The notes beneath the pieces are model-generated. The model had not been told where the DNA came from. It saw nothing but the letters and a program-made list of their open reading frames with translations, and made no database searches. Position numbers and translations under genes: made by a program. A stretch of 64,000 bases of DNA. Origin: Nitrospinales bacterium. GTDB taxonomy: Bacteria; Nitrospinota; Nitrospinia; Nitrospinales; VA-1. Every line of letters starts with the position of its first letter. Position 1 is the first letter of the stretch. This document shows positions 47,129 to 56,447 of this stretch, piece by piece. Location of the stretch: the NCBI GenBank assembly GCA_965223795.1, contig CBDCXL010000002.1, positions 2,308,030-2,372,029 on the forward strand. The letters are read 5' to 3'.

Positions 47129-47459
47129 CGTTGGTTTCCTTCTTATTATAAGTGGTGTTGATGAATGTGTTGCATTCTGGAATATCCGCCTGTCCCGGCG
47201 GGAGGTTTCTCGTTGAGATTTCAAAGCCCTGCGGCGAACGGGGCGGCCCCTGCGGGGGTTGTGCTCGAGCGAAGCGGATGCTTCCCCGCTTAATTCGCCT
47301 TTACTCAATAGGATGCCCGATTATAGCATAAGATTCCAAGCCGAATTGAAAAAAGAGGGCGGGCGCGCAAACCCGTGCAACGGCGGTAACTCACTGGAAG
47401 TTATGGGACTGGAAAAGCGCCGGCGGGCCTTCGGGCGGATTCCGAAGAAGAAAGGATAG

Positions 47460-47858
47460 TTGGCCATGGCGATCGACGAACGCTATGAGGAGACAGTCAT
47501 ACTGCTGCAGAAAGTCTGGGTGTTCTTTGTGATTGCCCTGTATTGCGCCGGGTTCATGAACGAATACCATTTCCCCGGCGCGCGCGAGGAACCTCTGGAA
47601 AAAGAAGAGATCCTGTGGAACGCGCAGCGGGTGCTTTTCTTTGCGGTGATGTTCGCAGGCCTGTTGATCGACGTGGTGCGCATGCGCGTGGATCGGGACA
47701 AGGCTTTCGTGTTCCTGTTTTTATCCCTCGCCCTCGGCGGGCTGTCGGGAGCGATCAGCGCGCTGCAATACCAGGCGCTGGCCGCGCTGTTCGGCAGGGC
47801 GGAAACGGCTGTTTCCACATCGAGTGTGTTTCTCCTTCCGACTTTGGGATTTACCTGA
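47460..47858 (+). CDS. Hypothetical membrane protein (3-4 transmembrane segments)
   Basis: Track ORF with hydrophobic segments VWVFFVIALYCAGF, VLFFAVMFAGLLI and FVFLFLSLALGGL. Confidence 0.5.
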   Translation: MAMAIDERYEETVILLQKVWVFFVIALYCAGFMNEYHFPGAREEPLEKEEILWNAQRVLFFAVMFAGLLIDVVRMRVDRDKAFVFLFLSLALGGLSGAISALQYQALAALFGRAETAVSTSSVFLLPTLGFT

Positions 47859-47997
47859 GCGCGGCCGGTTTCTCCTGGACGCGATGATGTTCGATGGGTG
47901 CAACGGCGTCCGGCTGAAAAGTTAAAATAGAAGAACTCCGAGCCGCAAATCGTGAATTGCCGCCGCGCGGTGGCGCCGCTATGCAGGTGCGCCCGTG

Positions 47998-48026
47998 TTG
48001 ACTCACCCGGAGGGAAGTGCTAATTT
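47998..48026 (+). promoter_or_regulatory. Sigma-70-like promoter candidate for tRNA-Lys
   Basis: TTGACT-N17-TAATTT ends ~30 nt upstream of the tRNA 5' end. Confidence 0.5.
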
Positions 48027-48055
48027 AACGATACCGAACTCACCTTCAAACGCAA

Positions 48056-48131
<76 letters not shown>

Positions 48132-48139
48132 TATAAAAC

Positions 48140-48176
48140 AATGGCTTGTGGGTGTGTCCCATGAGCCATTTTTTAT
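48140..48176 (+). terminator. Rho-independent terminator after tRNA-Lys
   Basis: The hairpin AATGGCT...AGCCATT has inner TGGG/CCCA pairing and is followed by TTTTT. Confidence 0.6.
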
Positions 48177-48680
48177 TTAATAAGGCTATAATAAGGTTTG
48201 TTCGTGGGTCTCTATCATGGCTCATAGTAGGAACTTCGGACTGGTGATCTAACTATAAAACGTATTGGCATTCTTCAAATATGCGAACTCGTTTTCAATT
48301 CCTTTGCCTTCTTTGTCATAAATTTGGCTAGTTCCTTATTAAATAAAACTGTCCAAAGGTAATTGTCGGGATGATCGAGAAAATTCATTCCTTGATCGAA
48401 CTGTGTCGATAGAGACTCAGAGGGATTGGACAGTGGCGGCTTGATTAGTTCACAAAAGAAAGAGGGGGGGGTATGCCCCAAAATCAGGAGTGGATCGTGA
48501 GGGTTGGTGGCTCAGAAATTTTTTAATTTTTTTTATTTTTTGACTTTTTGGCCCAGGTGGCATTAGAGATGAGACTATTTCCAATGGTCTACTTTTGGCG
48601 AAGGTGGAGCAGTGGCCGCACGTTGTAGGTTGGTTCCAAGCTCAGGTCTGATGACCTGCCCCTGTTATTTGTACCAGTTT

Positions 48681-49597
48681 CTAAGTTAGAGTTTCGACTT
48701 TTTGGGGGAGATAGGTTTCCGGAGCTGGAGGCCGGTATCCCAAGGCACTATGAGGTCGAAACCGGTTATATTCCACCCGTCATCGCTCGATGAGCACTTG
48801 CGCCTCCCGAAGCGTGGTGAAGACTTCTCCATTTAACAGCTCATCTCGGAGCTTTCCATTGAACGATTCATTGTAGCCATTCTCCCAGGGGCTGCCTGGT
48901 TCGATAAATAAGGTCTGCACTCCCAATCCTTCCAGCCAGGATCGAACTGCTTTTGCAGTGAACTCCGGTCCATTGTCCGAACGGTTTGAGTGCGAAAGGG
49001 AAACTTTTTAATAAAATAATCGACAAAGTCGATTGCGTTTTCCTGCTTTAGTCTTTCGTATATTTTTAAAGCTCGAACTCGAGCGGCATCATCAACAGCG
49101 GTATATTAGAAATGTGTGATCTTTGTGCAATAAGATTAAGGGAAGATGAGGAATTTTACATCTACTTGGATGTGATGGCCTGGGACCTGTTTCTCATAAC
49201 GAACCGTCTGGATTGTGCGCCTTTTGGCATTTTGGGGCAATCGATTGAATCCGTGCCGTTTCAAAGTACGATAAACGCCACTTCCAGAAACAGTGATGTC
49301 ATGGTAACGCTTTAAATACCAAGTAATCCGATCAGGCCCCAAGTGATAGGTTTTTCTGATATGAAGGATCTTTTCCTCGACTTCAACTGGCATTCGGAGA
49401 GTAGGGTTTTCAGGTCAGGGTTTTTTATTAATCAATCCTTCTTCGCCAAATAATTCATAAGCATTTCTCCACAGATAAAAAACAGCCCGTAAAATCCCAA
49501 AGTAACGGCAGGTTTTTCTGATATTCCCAATCTTCTTGGCATGATTTAGAACCCTAAGCTTCCTTTGAATATCTCGCTTGGCTTTGCTCATCCCCAT
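48681..49597 (-). mobile_element. Decayed DDE (rve/integrase-core) transposase gene, IS481-like N-terminus, multiple frame breaks and an in-frame stop
   Basis: Four segments lie in different frames:
- an HTH part, MSKAKRDIQRKLRVLNHAKKIGNIRKTCRYFGI (49415..49597);
- VEEKILHIRKTYHLGPDRITWYLKRYHDITVS...RYEKQVPGHHIQVDVKFL (49136..49393);
- [37 protein letters not shown] (~48995..49100);
- [87 protein letters not shown] (48681..~48990).

In the last segment TGA replaces the expected Trp codon. Confidence 0.75.
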
Positions 49598-49661
49598 CTC
49601 CCCGCTAAATAGTTTCAAATTAACAAAACTGTCTACCGAGGTCGAACATTTCATTGTGATA

Positions 49662-51404
49662 CTAGATTTTTCTTCTATAAACTCCGTAAACTTCCTGCAA
49701 TGCGCGGGTCCATTCATCGAGGGTCACCTGCTTGACGATCTTTAGCGTGGTTTCAAAAACATTGCCGCCGCTTTCTGCTACGCGCTTGAGTAAATCGATT
49801 TTTTCTTTGACTTCTTTCTGATTTCGATTCTTCTTGAATCGCTTCACATCATCCCGGCGTTTTTGCTTTAATTCCCGGGATATTTCGACCCTTGGAATAT
49901 CCGTATTGTCTTCTCTTCCTTCCATATAACGGTTGACGGCGATGATGGGCCGTTCCCCGGTGCGAACCTGGTGCTCATACAGTGCCGACGAATTTGCGAT
50001 CTCATCGCGAAAAAAACCGATGTTTTTTGCTTGCAGGGTGCCTCCGAATTCCTCGATCTGACAAAAGTAATCCAGAATTTTATTGATTACCAGAGTATAA
50101 ATCTGACTCCTTCCCGAACCGTCGCTTAAAAAAGCCATCATGTCCTTCAATCCTCCCATCTCTTCCAGCAGGATCGCCTGGGCGTCGGAAGCGATGCGCA
50201 CCGCTCCTTCTGTGGGTGTTGTGACCGGTTCGTCGTAGGAATTGCTGTGCAGTGCCTGCGGATAATTGAGCAGTGCATAAAACAACTCCAGTGCGGTTCT
50301 GGTGATGTTGTTCTGGATTTCCCTTTCGTAGAGACTCCTTCCTGAAGACTGGATGTGCGCTTTCAATTTTTGTGCGCCGGGGTCGTCCGCTCCATACACA
50401 TCCCGCATGGCTACCGACCAAACCCTTCTCACCGCACTTAATAGAGCGATGTATTCAATATCGAGCCCGGAAGTGAAAAAAAAGGGCAGGCGCTTCCCGA
50501 TGGTGTTGATTTCCATTCCTCTTTGCAGGGCCTGCTCCACATAGACAAACCCGTTGGCCAGAGTGAATGCGGCCTGCTGTATGGGGGTCGCTCCTTTCTG
50601 CTCGATATGGTAGCCGCTGACATTGATGGGGTAATACAAGGGGGCATTGGCTGCACACCATTCGAACATATCCATCGCAAGCTCAATGGACTTTTCCAGG
50701 GGAAAAAGAAGCTCGTTTTGTGCGTCGTCTTCCTTGCAAGGGTCGGTTTGAGATGTCCCGCGCACCCTTTTTAAATTCTGTCCCTTCTCATTCGCGGCCT
50801 GAAGCCGGGCCGCGGTCATCCAAAGCGAGGGACCGTTGATCGTCATCGAAATGCTGACATCGTCTTCAAAAAAACCATCATACAATTCCAGCATATCCTG
50901 GTAAGTGGTCACGGAAACCCCGCCTTCACCCACATCCAGGAAATAGTCCGGATCGTCCGCTCCTCTTCCGAGAAGCGTATTTGTGTCGAATGCGGTGCTC
51001 AGCCGTCGGGAGGACTGCCGCTGGACTATGTATTTGAAGCGCTCGTTCGTCATTTCTGGAGAACCCAGACCGGCGAATATACGGGTGGGCTCTTCGTGCT
51101 CCCTTTTTCCATCGATGATCAGGTAGGCCGTCGGGTAGATGGACAGGCCGTAAGGAAATTCGCCCGGAAACCCCCATTCTCCCTGGTAGCGCGCGATTTG
51201 CGAGGGATGGTCGATCCTGGGAACGGCGATGGAAGGGATGTGAAGGCCTGTCGGCAACGGATGGGACTGCAATCTCTTCAGTTTTTCCTTCCATTGTGAT
51301 TGCAGCTCTTGTTGATAAGCCGGATCGCGTTTTGCCTTTTCAACGGAGTCTTCCACCGATTGGCGGTACTGTTCGTTCGCGCGAACGATATCAGTGAGGG
51401 ACAT
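49662..51404 (-). CDS. B12-dependent acyl-CoA mutase, substrate-binding (TIM-barrel) subunit, IcmF-like
   Basis: 580 aa. FPGEFPY...EEPTRIFAGLGSPEMTNERFKYI resembles the IcmF catalytic domain rather than classical MCM. SQTDP and YHIEQKGATPIQQAAFTLANG are mutase-family motifs. Confidence 0.85.
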   Translation of the reverse strand: MSLTDIVRANEQYRQSVEDSVEKAKRDPAYQQELQSQWKEKLKRLQSHPLPTGLHIPSIAVPRIDHPSQIARYQGEWGFPGEFPYGLSIYPTAYLIIDGKREHEEPTRIFAGLGSPEMTNERFKYIVQRQSSRRLSTAFDTNTLLGRGADDPDYFLDVGEGGVSVTTYQDMLELYDGFFEDDVSISMTINGPSLWMTAARLQAANEKGQNLKRVRGTSQTDPCKEDDAQNELLFPLEKSIELAMDMFEWCAANAPLYYPINVSGYHIEQKGATPIQQAAFTLANGFVYVEQALQRGMEINTIGKRLPFFFTSGLDIEYIALLSAVRRVWSVAMRDVYGADDPGAQKLKAHIQSSGRSLYEREIQNNITRTALELFYALLNYPQALHSNSYDEPVTTPTEGAVRIASDAQAILLEEMGGLKDMMAFLSDGSGRSQIYTLVINKILDYFCQIEEFGGTLQAKNIGFFRDEIANSSALYEHQVRTGERPIIAVNRYMEGREDNTDIPRVEISRELKQKRRDDVKRFKKNRNQKEVKEKIDLLKRVAESGGNVFETTLKIVKQVTLDEWTRALQEVYGVYRRKI

Positions 51405-52656
51405 GTTCGGGCTCCATCAGGACCTGATACAACGCATCGACACCGGCATTTCTGTGTTCGATTGCGGTCGTGAGAAACAATCGGTCGCGGTTCACTTTTT
51501 TTCTCAGCAAACCGCTCACATGACGTGAACCCCAAAGCTCACTTTTATTCAACACAACGATAACCCCAGGCAGGTTCAACATTTCTTCCTTCTCGATTTG
51601 TAGAGCGCCGCCGATGTCCGGGGTGGCGACAAACACCGCCTGATCCACAAGGTCCACAATCCCGCTGTCCGGCTGCCCGATGCCGTAAGTCTCCACGATC
51701 ACGTCGAAACCCGCGGCTTTGAGGATCTTGAGAACGTCGGGAAGTGCACGTGCGATCCCGTTTCCGTAGCCGCGGGAAGCCATGCTTCTAACGAAGACCC
51801 TGCTTGTGTCCACCCAGTTCTTATCGGTGGCATACATGTAAGCGATTCGATCGGCCAGCAAAGCACCGCCTGTGCTTCCTGAACTGGGATCGATCGCGAC
51901 CAGAGCCAGCTTTCTTTTTTCTGTGCGCGGATCCTTGAAATACCGCAGTACCAGCTCATCGGTTAAAGTGCTTTTTCCCGATCCCCCTCGTCCAGCAATA
52001 CCGATCACCGGGTGAGGGTTTCTCGAAGGCTGTAACCTGTCAAGGCAATCCTGGAAATAACGGCACCGTTCCAGAATTTCCTTTCTTTGCAAGCCGGACG
52101 AAGACAGATCGGTTTTTTCATTGCTATCACCCTCCTTCAGCAAGGACTCCAACCGGCTTTTTTCCTCCACGAGGTTGATCCAGCCGGAAACAGCCAAAGC
52201 ATCTCCCTCCCGGACCGGATCCAGGAGATCCAGAGGATTCTCCGGAACCATGGAATAATCGTAATTTTCCTGAACGAAGGAAACGATTTCCTGGGATTCA
52301 TCGCTGCGGAAAATTTTATCGATTCCCGATACTTTTTCCAGGACGGCAATGTCCTTTGGAGTGATCGTCGCTCCTCCTCCTCCTATCAAATGCACACTGG
52401 GATAATTTCGCTGTTTTAGTTTGTCCACGACCGCCTTGAAAAAGGGCACGTGGCCGCCGTTGTAGGAACTGATTCCGGCGAAATGGATTCCTTCCTGGAT
52501 GATGCCATCGACAAATTTATCAACCGTCAAGTCATATCCACCCAGGATGACTTCCACGCCTCCTTTTTTCAGGATGTCCGCAACGATCAAAATGGGCGCG
52601 TCATGTCCATCATTGCTCTTGACACCGATGAAACCTCGGATCTTGTTCTTTGGCAT
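51391..52656 (-). CDS. Cobalamin-binding domain fused to MeaB/ArgK-like G-protein chaperone (N-terminal two thirds of an IcmF-type protein)
   Basis: The N-terminus GVKSNDGHDAPILIVADILKKGGVEVILGG is a B12-binding fold. The G-protein part carries P-loop GIAGRGGSGKSTL, then AIDPSSGSTGGALLADR, ETYGIGQ and LNKSE. Confidence 0.85.
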   Translation of the reverse strand: MPKNKIRGFIGVKSNDGHDAPILIVADILKKGGVEVILGGYDLTVDKFVDGIIQEGIHFAGISSYNGGHVPFFKAVVDKLKQRNYPSVHLIGGGGATITPKDIAVLEKVSGIDKIFRSDESQEIVSFVQENYDYSMVPENPLDLLDPVREGDALAVSGWINLVEEKSRLESLLKEGDSNEKTDLSSSGLQRKEILERCRYFQDCLDRLQPSRNPHPVIGIAGRGGSGKSTLTDELVLRYFKDPRTEKRKLALVAIDPSSGSTGGALLADRIAYMYATDKNWVDTSRVFVRSMASRGYGNGIARALPDVLKILKAAGFDVIVETYGIGQPDSGIVDLVDQAVFVATPDIGGALQIEKEEMLNLPGVIVVLNKSELWGSRHVSGLLRKKVNRDRLFLTTAIEHRNAGVDALYQVLMEPEHVPH

Positions 52657-52719
52657 AGGGTAAGTTTTGTTGCGAACCTGGTGCGAGTGAGTGAATCACA
52701 CACTCGACTTCAGCCTGCT

Positions 52720-53919
52720 TCAACGCTTGTCCAAAGAGACGTAGGTCCTCATGTCCTCGGCCCGGATTCCGTTGTACTGCTGTGCAGGCCGGAAAAGAGG
52801 ACCACGGTTTTTTCTTTGCCTTGCGTTGTTGGCGACCCAGCCGAAATGGCGGGTGGACTGAAATATCGGTGTGTTGAGTATTTTGGGAATGCCGATCACC
52901 TTGTACAACAGACTGATCGGCAAGTCGGCATTGGGGGTTCGATCCTTTTCATTCAGCATGATTTCGCTGATGATGTCGTAAATTTCGAAATACCGGCTCA
53001 TCCCTCTTTTTTCAGCTAACGGCCTGGCAATGGACTCTGCAATTTTCACACGGGATTCCACTTTATTTTTATAGTGCTTCAATCGATGGCCGAAACCGGC
53101 AATGACTTCCTTTTGCTTCAGTTTGTTGAAGATGTAATCCCTGGCTCTTTGCGGAGTCTCAATTTCGTCGAAAAGATCCGCCACCCTTTCGTTGGCTCCG
53201 CCATGCAGCACTCCTTTCAGGGAGACGGCGCCTGCAAGGAGAGGTGAATAGGGATCGGTGCCCGCAGACTCCGCCACCAAAGAAGTGAACGTGGAACAGT
53301 TGAGAGTGTGATCCAGATAAAGTATCAGTGTGACGTTCAGAGCATGGGCGATTTCCTCTTCCGGTTCGATTCCGATCATGTGAAGAAAATTGGCGGCGTA
53401 GTTCAGGGAAGGATCCGGAGGGATGATGGATTTTCCATGAATCATCCTGTATCCATTCGCGACGATGACCGGAATTTTCGCTCCCATACGGACTCCCGAT
53501 TGCACGATCAGATCCGCCACACGGTCCGCTTCTTCCTTGGGTTTTTGCCATAAAGGATTGTGGTAATCCCGATCAAACATGCGGGCAAACGAAAGTGTGG
53601 TCAAAAGATAATCCATCATTTGAACGTCCGAAGGATAGGTCCGCATGTGAGTAAGGATTCTTTCATCCAGTGTTTCGTGCGCCTTGAGTTGGGTGGTGAA
53701 TTCACTGAGCTGACGTTTATCGGGCAACGCATCCTGCAAGAGGAGATACACGCTTTCTTCGAATAAACCTTTCACCAGGTCGAAAATGCTGTATCCCTTA
53801 TAAAGAAGAAGGGGATCCCCGTCAGCGCCCAAAGTGGTTAAAGAAATATCAGAGGAACAGACGGGAACGCCGTCCAATCCGGTGTCTACTGTGTTAATGA
53901 CTTCGCTGGTCTGGCTCAT
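52720..53919 (-). CDS. Citrate synthase-family protein (candidate 2-methylcitrate synthase, divergent)
   Basis: GLDGVPVCSSDISL...LLYKGYSIFDL, LHGGANE and GFGHR are present. The segment after GFGHR (LKHYKNKVESR) differs from the usual VYK..DPR. Confidence 0.8.
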   Translation of the reverse strand: MSQTSEVINTVDTGLDGVPVCSSDISLTTLGADGDPLLLYKGYSIFDLVKGLFEESVYLLLQDALPDKRQLSEFTTQLKAHETLDERILTHMRTYPSDVQMMDYLLTTLSFARMFDRDYHNPLWQKPKEEADRVADLIVQSGVRMGAKIPVIVANGYRMIHGKSIIPPDPSLNYAANFLHMIGIEPEEEIAHALNVTLILYLDHTLNCSTFTSLVAESAGTDPYSPLLAGAVSLKGVLHGGANERVADLFDEIETPQRARDYIFNKLKQKEVIAGFGHRLKHYKNKVESRVKIAESIARPLAEKRGMSRYFEIYDIISEIMLNEKDRTPNADLPISLLYKVIGIPKILNTPIFQSTRHFGWVANNARQRKNRGPLFRPAQQYNGIRAEDMRTYVSLDKR

Positions 53920-54751
53920 AGTTGAGAAATTTCTGGATGGCTTTCCGGTCCATCATCTTGTGCACGCAGTGTTCCTGGCTGCCATCCTGTTTCAGTTTTG
54001 AAAGCAGGGTTCCTGTTTGCCCTGCCAGATACCTGAATAAGGAAACCGGAAAAATAACGATATTGAAACCGAATTTCCAGAACTCACTGGCTTTGATGAA
54101 AGGCGTGTTGCCAAATTCGGTCATATTGGCGAGCAGGTAGCCCGGCACTTCTTTGCCGTAGCGTTCGAATTCCTCCCTGCTTTGCAGCGCCTCGGGAAAA
54201 ATCACATCCGCCCCTGCTTCTCGATAGAGGTTTCCGCGATAAATCGCTTCCTGCAGTTGATCGTCGCCATTCACGTTGTAGGCGCCTCGCGCATCGGTTC
54301 TCGCGATCACCATGAACTCCGGATCGAATTTTTCCCGGGCGGCACACGCCCGTTTTATCTTGGCGATCATTGCCTCTCTGGAAACGATTTCCTTACCAGC
54401 AAGGTGGCCGCAGCGTTTCGGAAATGTCTGGTCTTCAATGTGCAAAGCGGCAAATCCTGCTTGTATGTATTTTTCGATGGTCTCCTCCATGTTCTGGAAA
54501 CCCGTATCCGCATCGCAGATAACCGGGATGTCCACCGCCTTTACGATCCATCGTCCCAGGTAAACAAAATCCTCCAGTCCCAAGGTTCCGTCATCGGGAA
54601 CGGCCATGCTGCCGGAAAGCCCCGCTCCGGAAATATAGACTCCCGGAAATCCCGCCTCCTCGACCTGTCTGGCCACGAAGGGATTGAAGACGCCGGGAAA
54701 AACCAATCCCGGTTCATTTTCCAGCAATTGCCTGAGACGGTTGCCGGCCAT
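53894..54751 (-). CDS. prpB: 2-Methylisocitrate lyase (isocitrate lyase/PEP mutase superfamily)
   Basis: VICDADTGF, HIEDQTFPKRCGHLAGK (KRCGH motif) and MVIARTDA support the call. Confidence 0.85.
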   Translation of the reverse strand: MAGNRLRQLLENEPGLVFPGVFNPFVARQVEEAGFPGVYISGAGLSGSMAVPDDGTLGLEDFVYLGRWIVKAVDIPVICDADTGFQNMEETIEKYIQAGFAALHIEDQTFPKRCGHLAGKEIVSREAMIAKIKRACAAREKFDPEFMVIARTDARGAYNVNGDDQLQEAIYRGNLYREAGADVIFPEALQSREEFERYGKEVPGYLLANMTEFGNTPFIKASEFWKFGFNIVIFPVSLFRYLAGQTGTLLSKLKQDGSQEHCVHKMMDRKAIQKFLNYEPDQRSH

Positions 54752-54752
54752 G

Positions 54753-56129
54753 TCATGTCACCTTGAAGATTTGCATCATGGCACCGAGATCCGAAACACG
54801 TTCGAGGTTCCACACATCATCGATCACTCGATCCTGCCTGGATTTTGCCAATAATCCCGCACAGGCAGACCGGAATTTATCCTCAATCTCTTCCCGGCTC
54901 AGAGGATTGTTGGGATGTCCTTTTGGATCCAGGATCTCCTTTTCAAAGACCTTCCCATCCCGCATCGTGATAAAAACCTTATTGGGAAACGATCTTCCAT
55001 AAATATGGGTGTATTTCTTGTTTTCCGCAACCGTCACCCTTTGAACGAGGTCCAAGAGTTCAGGGTTTTGCAGATGCTCTGCGTCGAACTGTCCGAGTGT
55101 GATCTCTCCATCCATCAACGCCGCCACCACGATGTAGGGAAGGCTATGGTCCGCGGTTTCCTTGGTTTTCGGGGTCCATTTGGCGGGCTCTTTGCCGATG
55201 ATTTCGTAAGAATGAAAACTCGTCTCCACATGGATTTTCTCGATAGATTTTAAGTTTTCCGGCCCGATCCGATCGCGCAGGTCCAGTGCCGCCCAGATGG
55301 CGCTTTGCGAGTGGTACTCGGCAGGGAAGTATTTGATGTAGGTCTCCACGATCTTGAATGGAGTGGTTCCCTGTCCGCCAAATTCTGCGGCAAGATCGAA
55401 TTCACCCTGTGTGATCTGATGGATCAAACCATGTTTGCCGGCGATGATTTCGCTGGGCCCGTCAAAACCGTGCTTCACATAAAGAGCCGCTCGAATGGCA
55501 TTCTGACAGGCCTGGGCGTAGGCCGCAGCCTTCCATTGGGAGATCGTTCCGATACGGGTTTGTCTCAGATAATTCCCTGTGGTGACTGCGATGGCCAGGC
55601 AATCCCGGATCTGCTCCCTGGAAAAACCCATGAGTTTTGCGGCCGCCGCGCTGCTGGCGATAGAACCGTAGGTCACATGGTCCCATCCCTTTTTTCTGAT
55701 GGCGGCAGCATCGCACAGCCGGCAATGCAATTCGTAGGTGAGCACCGTGGCGAGAATGAGGTCTTTGCCGTTTTTATCTTCCGCCTCGGCAACGCAAAGA
55801 CAGGCGGGCAGGTTGTCGCTGGGGTGAGCGGGTTCCCGATTGAGGTAGGTGTCGTTCCAGTCGAGGGCGCGAATCAGGGTTCCCAGATACACCGCAGCGT
55901 AGTCGATCGGAGCTTTGTGCTTGGTGCCTAAAACCGTGGCGCCGTAGGCGGCGGTCGCCTGCGTGGCAAAATTTCTCATGGCGGCTGCGGGAGGAGAGTT
56001 GTAAGCCGCCAGGGAAGTGGCAAAGCTGTCCAGGTAGCGTTCTTTAACGGCCTGGATCGCTTCGTCGGTCAGTTTTTCATAGCTCAGGGTGGCGACATAC
56101 TCGCTGATCTGTTGTTCGAATTTATCCAT
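54753..56129 (-). CDS. prpD: MmgE/PrpD-family 2-methylcitrate dehydratase
   Basis: ATG at 56129 sits behind GAGGAG (MDKFEQQISEYVATLSYEKLTDEAIQAVKERYLDSF...). Length and N-terminal pattern fit the PrpD family. The upstream part of the track ORF is discarded. Confidence 0.85.
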   Translation of the reverse strand: MDKFEQQISEYVATLSYEKLTDEAIQAVKERYLDSFATSLAAYNSPPAAAMRNFATQATAAYGATVLGTKHKAPIDYAAVYLGTLIRALDWNDTYLNREPAHPSDNLPACLCVAEAEDKNGKDLILATVLTYELHCRLCDAAAIRKKGWDHVTYGSIASSAAAAKLMGFSREQIRDCLAIAVTTGNYLRQTRIGTISQWKAAAYAQACQNAIRAALYVKHGFDGPSEIIAGKHGLIHQITQGEFDLAAEFGGQGTTPFKIVETYIKYFPAEYHSQSAIWAALDLRDRIGPENLKSIEKIHVETSFHSYEIIGKEPAKWTPKTKETADHSLPYIVVAALMDGEITLGQFDAEHLQNPELLDLVQRVTVAENKKYTHIYGRSFPNKVFITMRDGKVFEKEILDPKGHPNNPLSREEIEDKFRSACAGLLAKSRQDRVIDDVWNLERVSDLGAMMQIFKVT

Positions 56130-56447
56130 GGAATGCTCCTCAAAGCATCTCTTATTATTATAAATCCAATGAATTACAAGGAGGGCAGTTATTTTCACCC
56201 GGCAAAGGAAATCCACCGCGGACGAAACCAAATGAAAACGACAAGCCCTCCATGAGTTCGCGTTCCTTTGAAAAATCATAAATTATGGAATGTCTTTAAA
56301 AAAAGCGAGATCGAAAGCGAGTGTTCCGGGTCTGCCTGGATTTATAATAAAATGGGTGTGCGAAGTTGTTGTTGCAACCGTTGAGTTGGGCAAATACGGG
56401 CATTATTTTGACATCCTTTTTGCCTCTTCCTTTCAGGAGGTGGTTTC

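Noticed and set aside
48275-48481. A 68-aa minus-strand ORF in the AT-rich filler after tRNA-Lys, which could be a remnant of an integrase or other island gene.
   Set aside because: It shows no recognisable integrase (R..H..R..Y) or other motifs, and it is short and isolated. It may be a fragment, but I cannot support any call.
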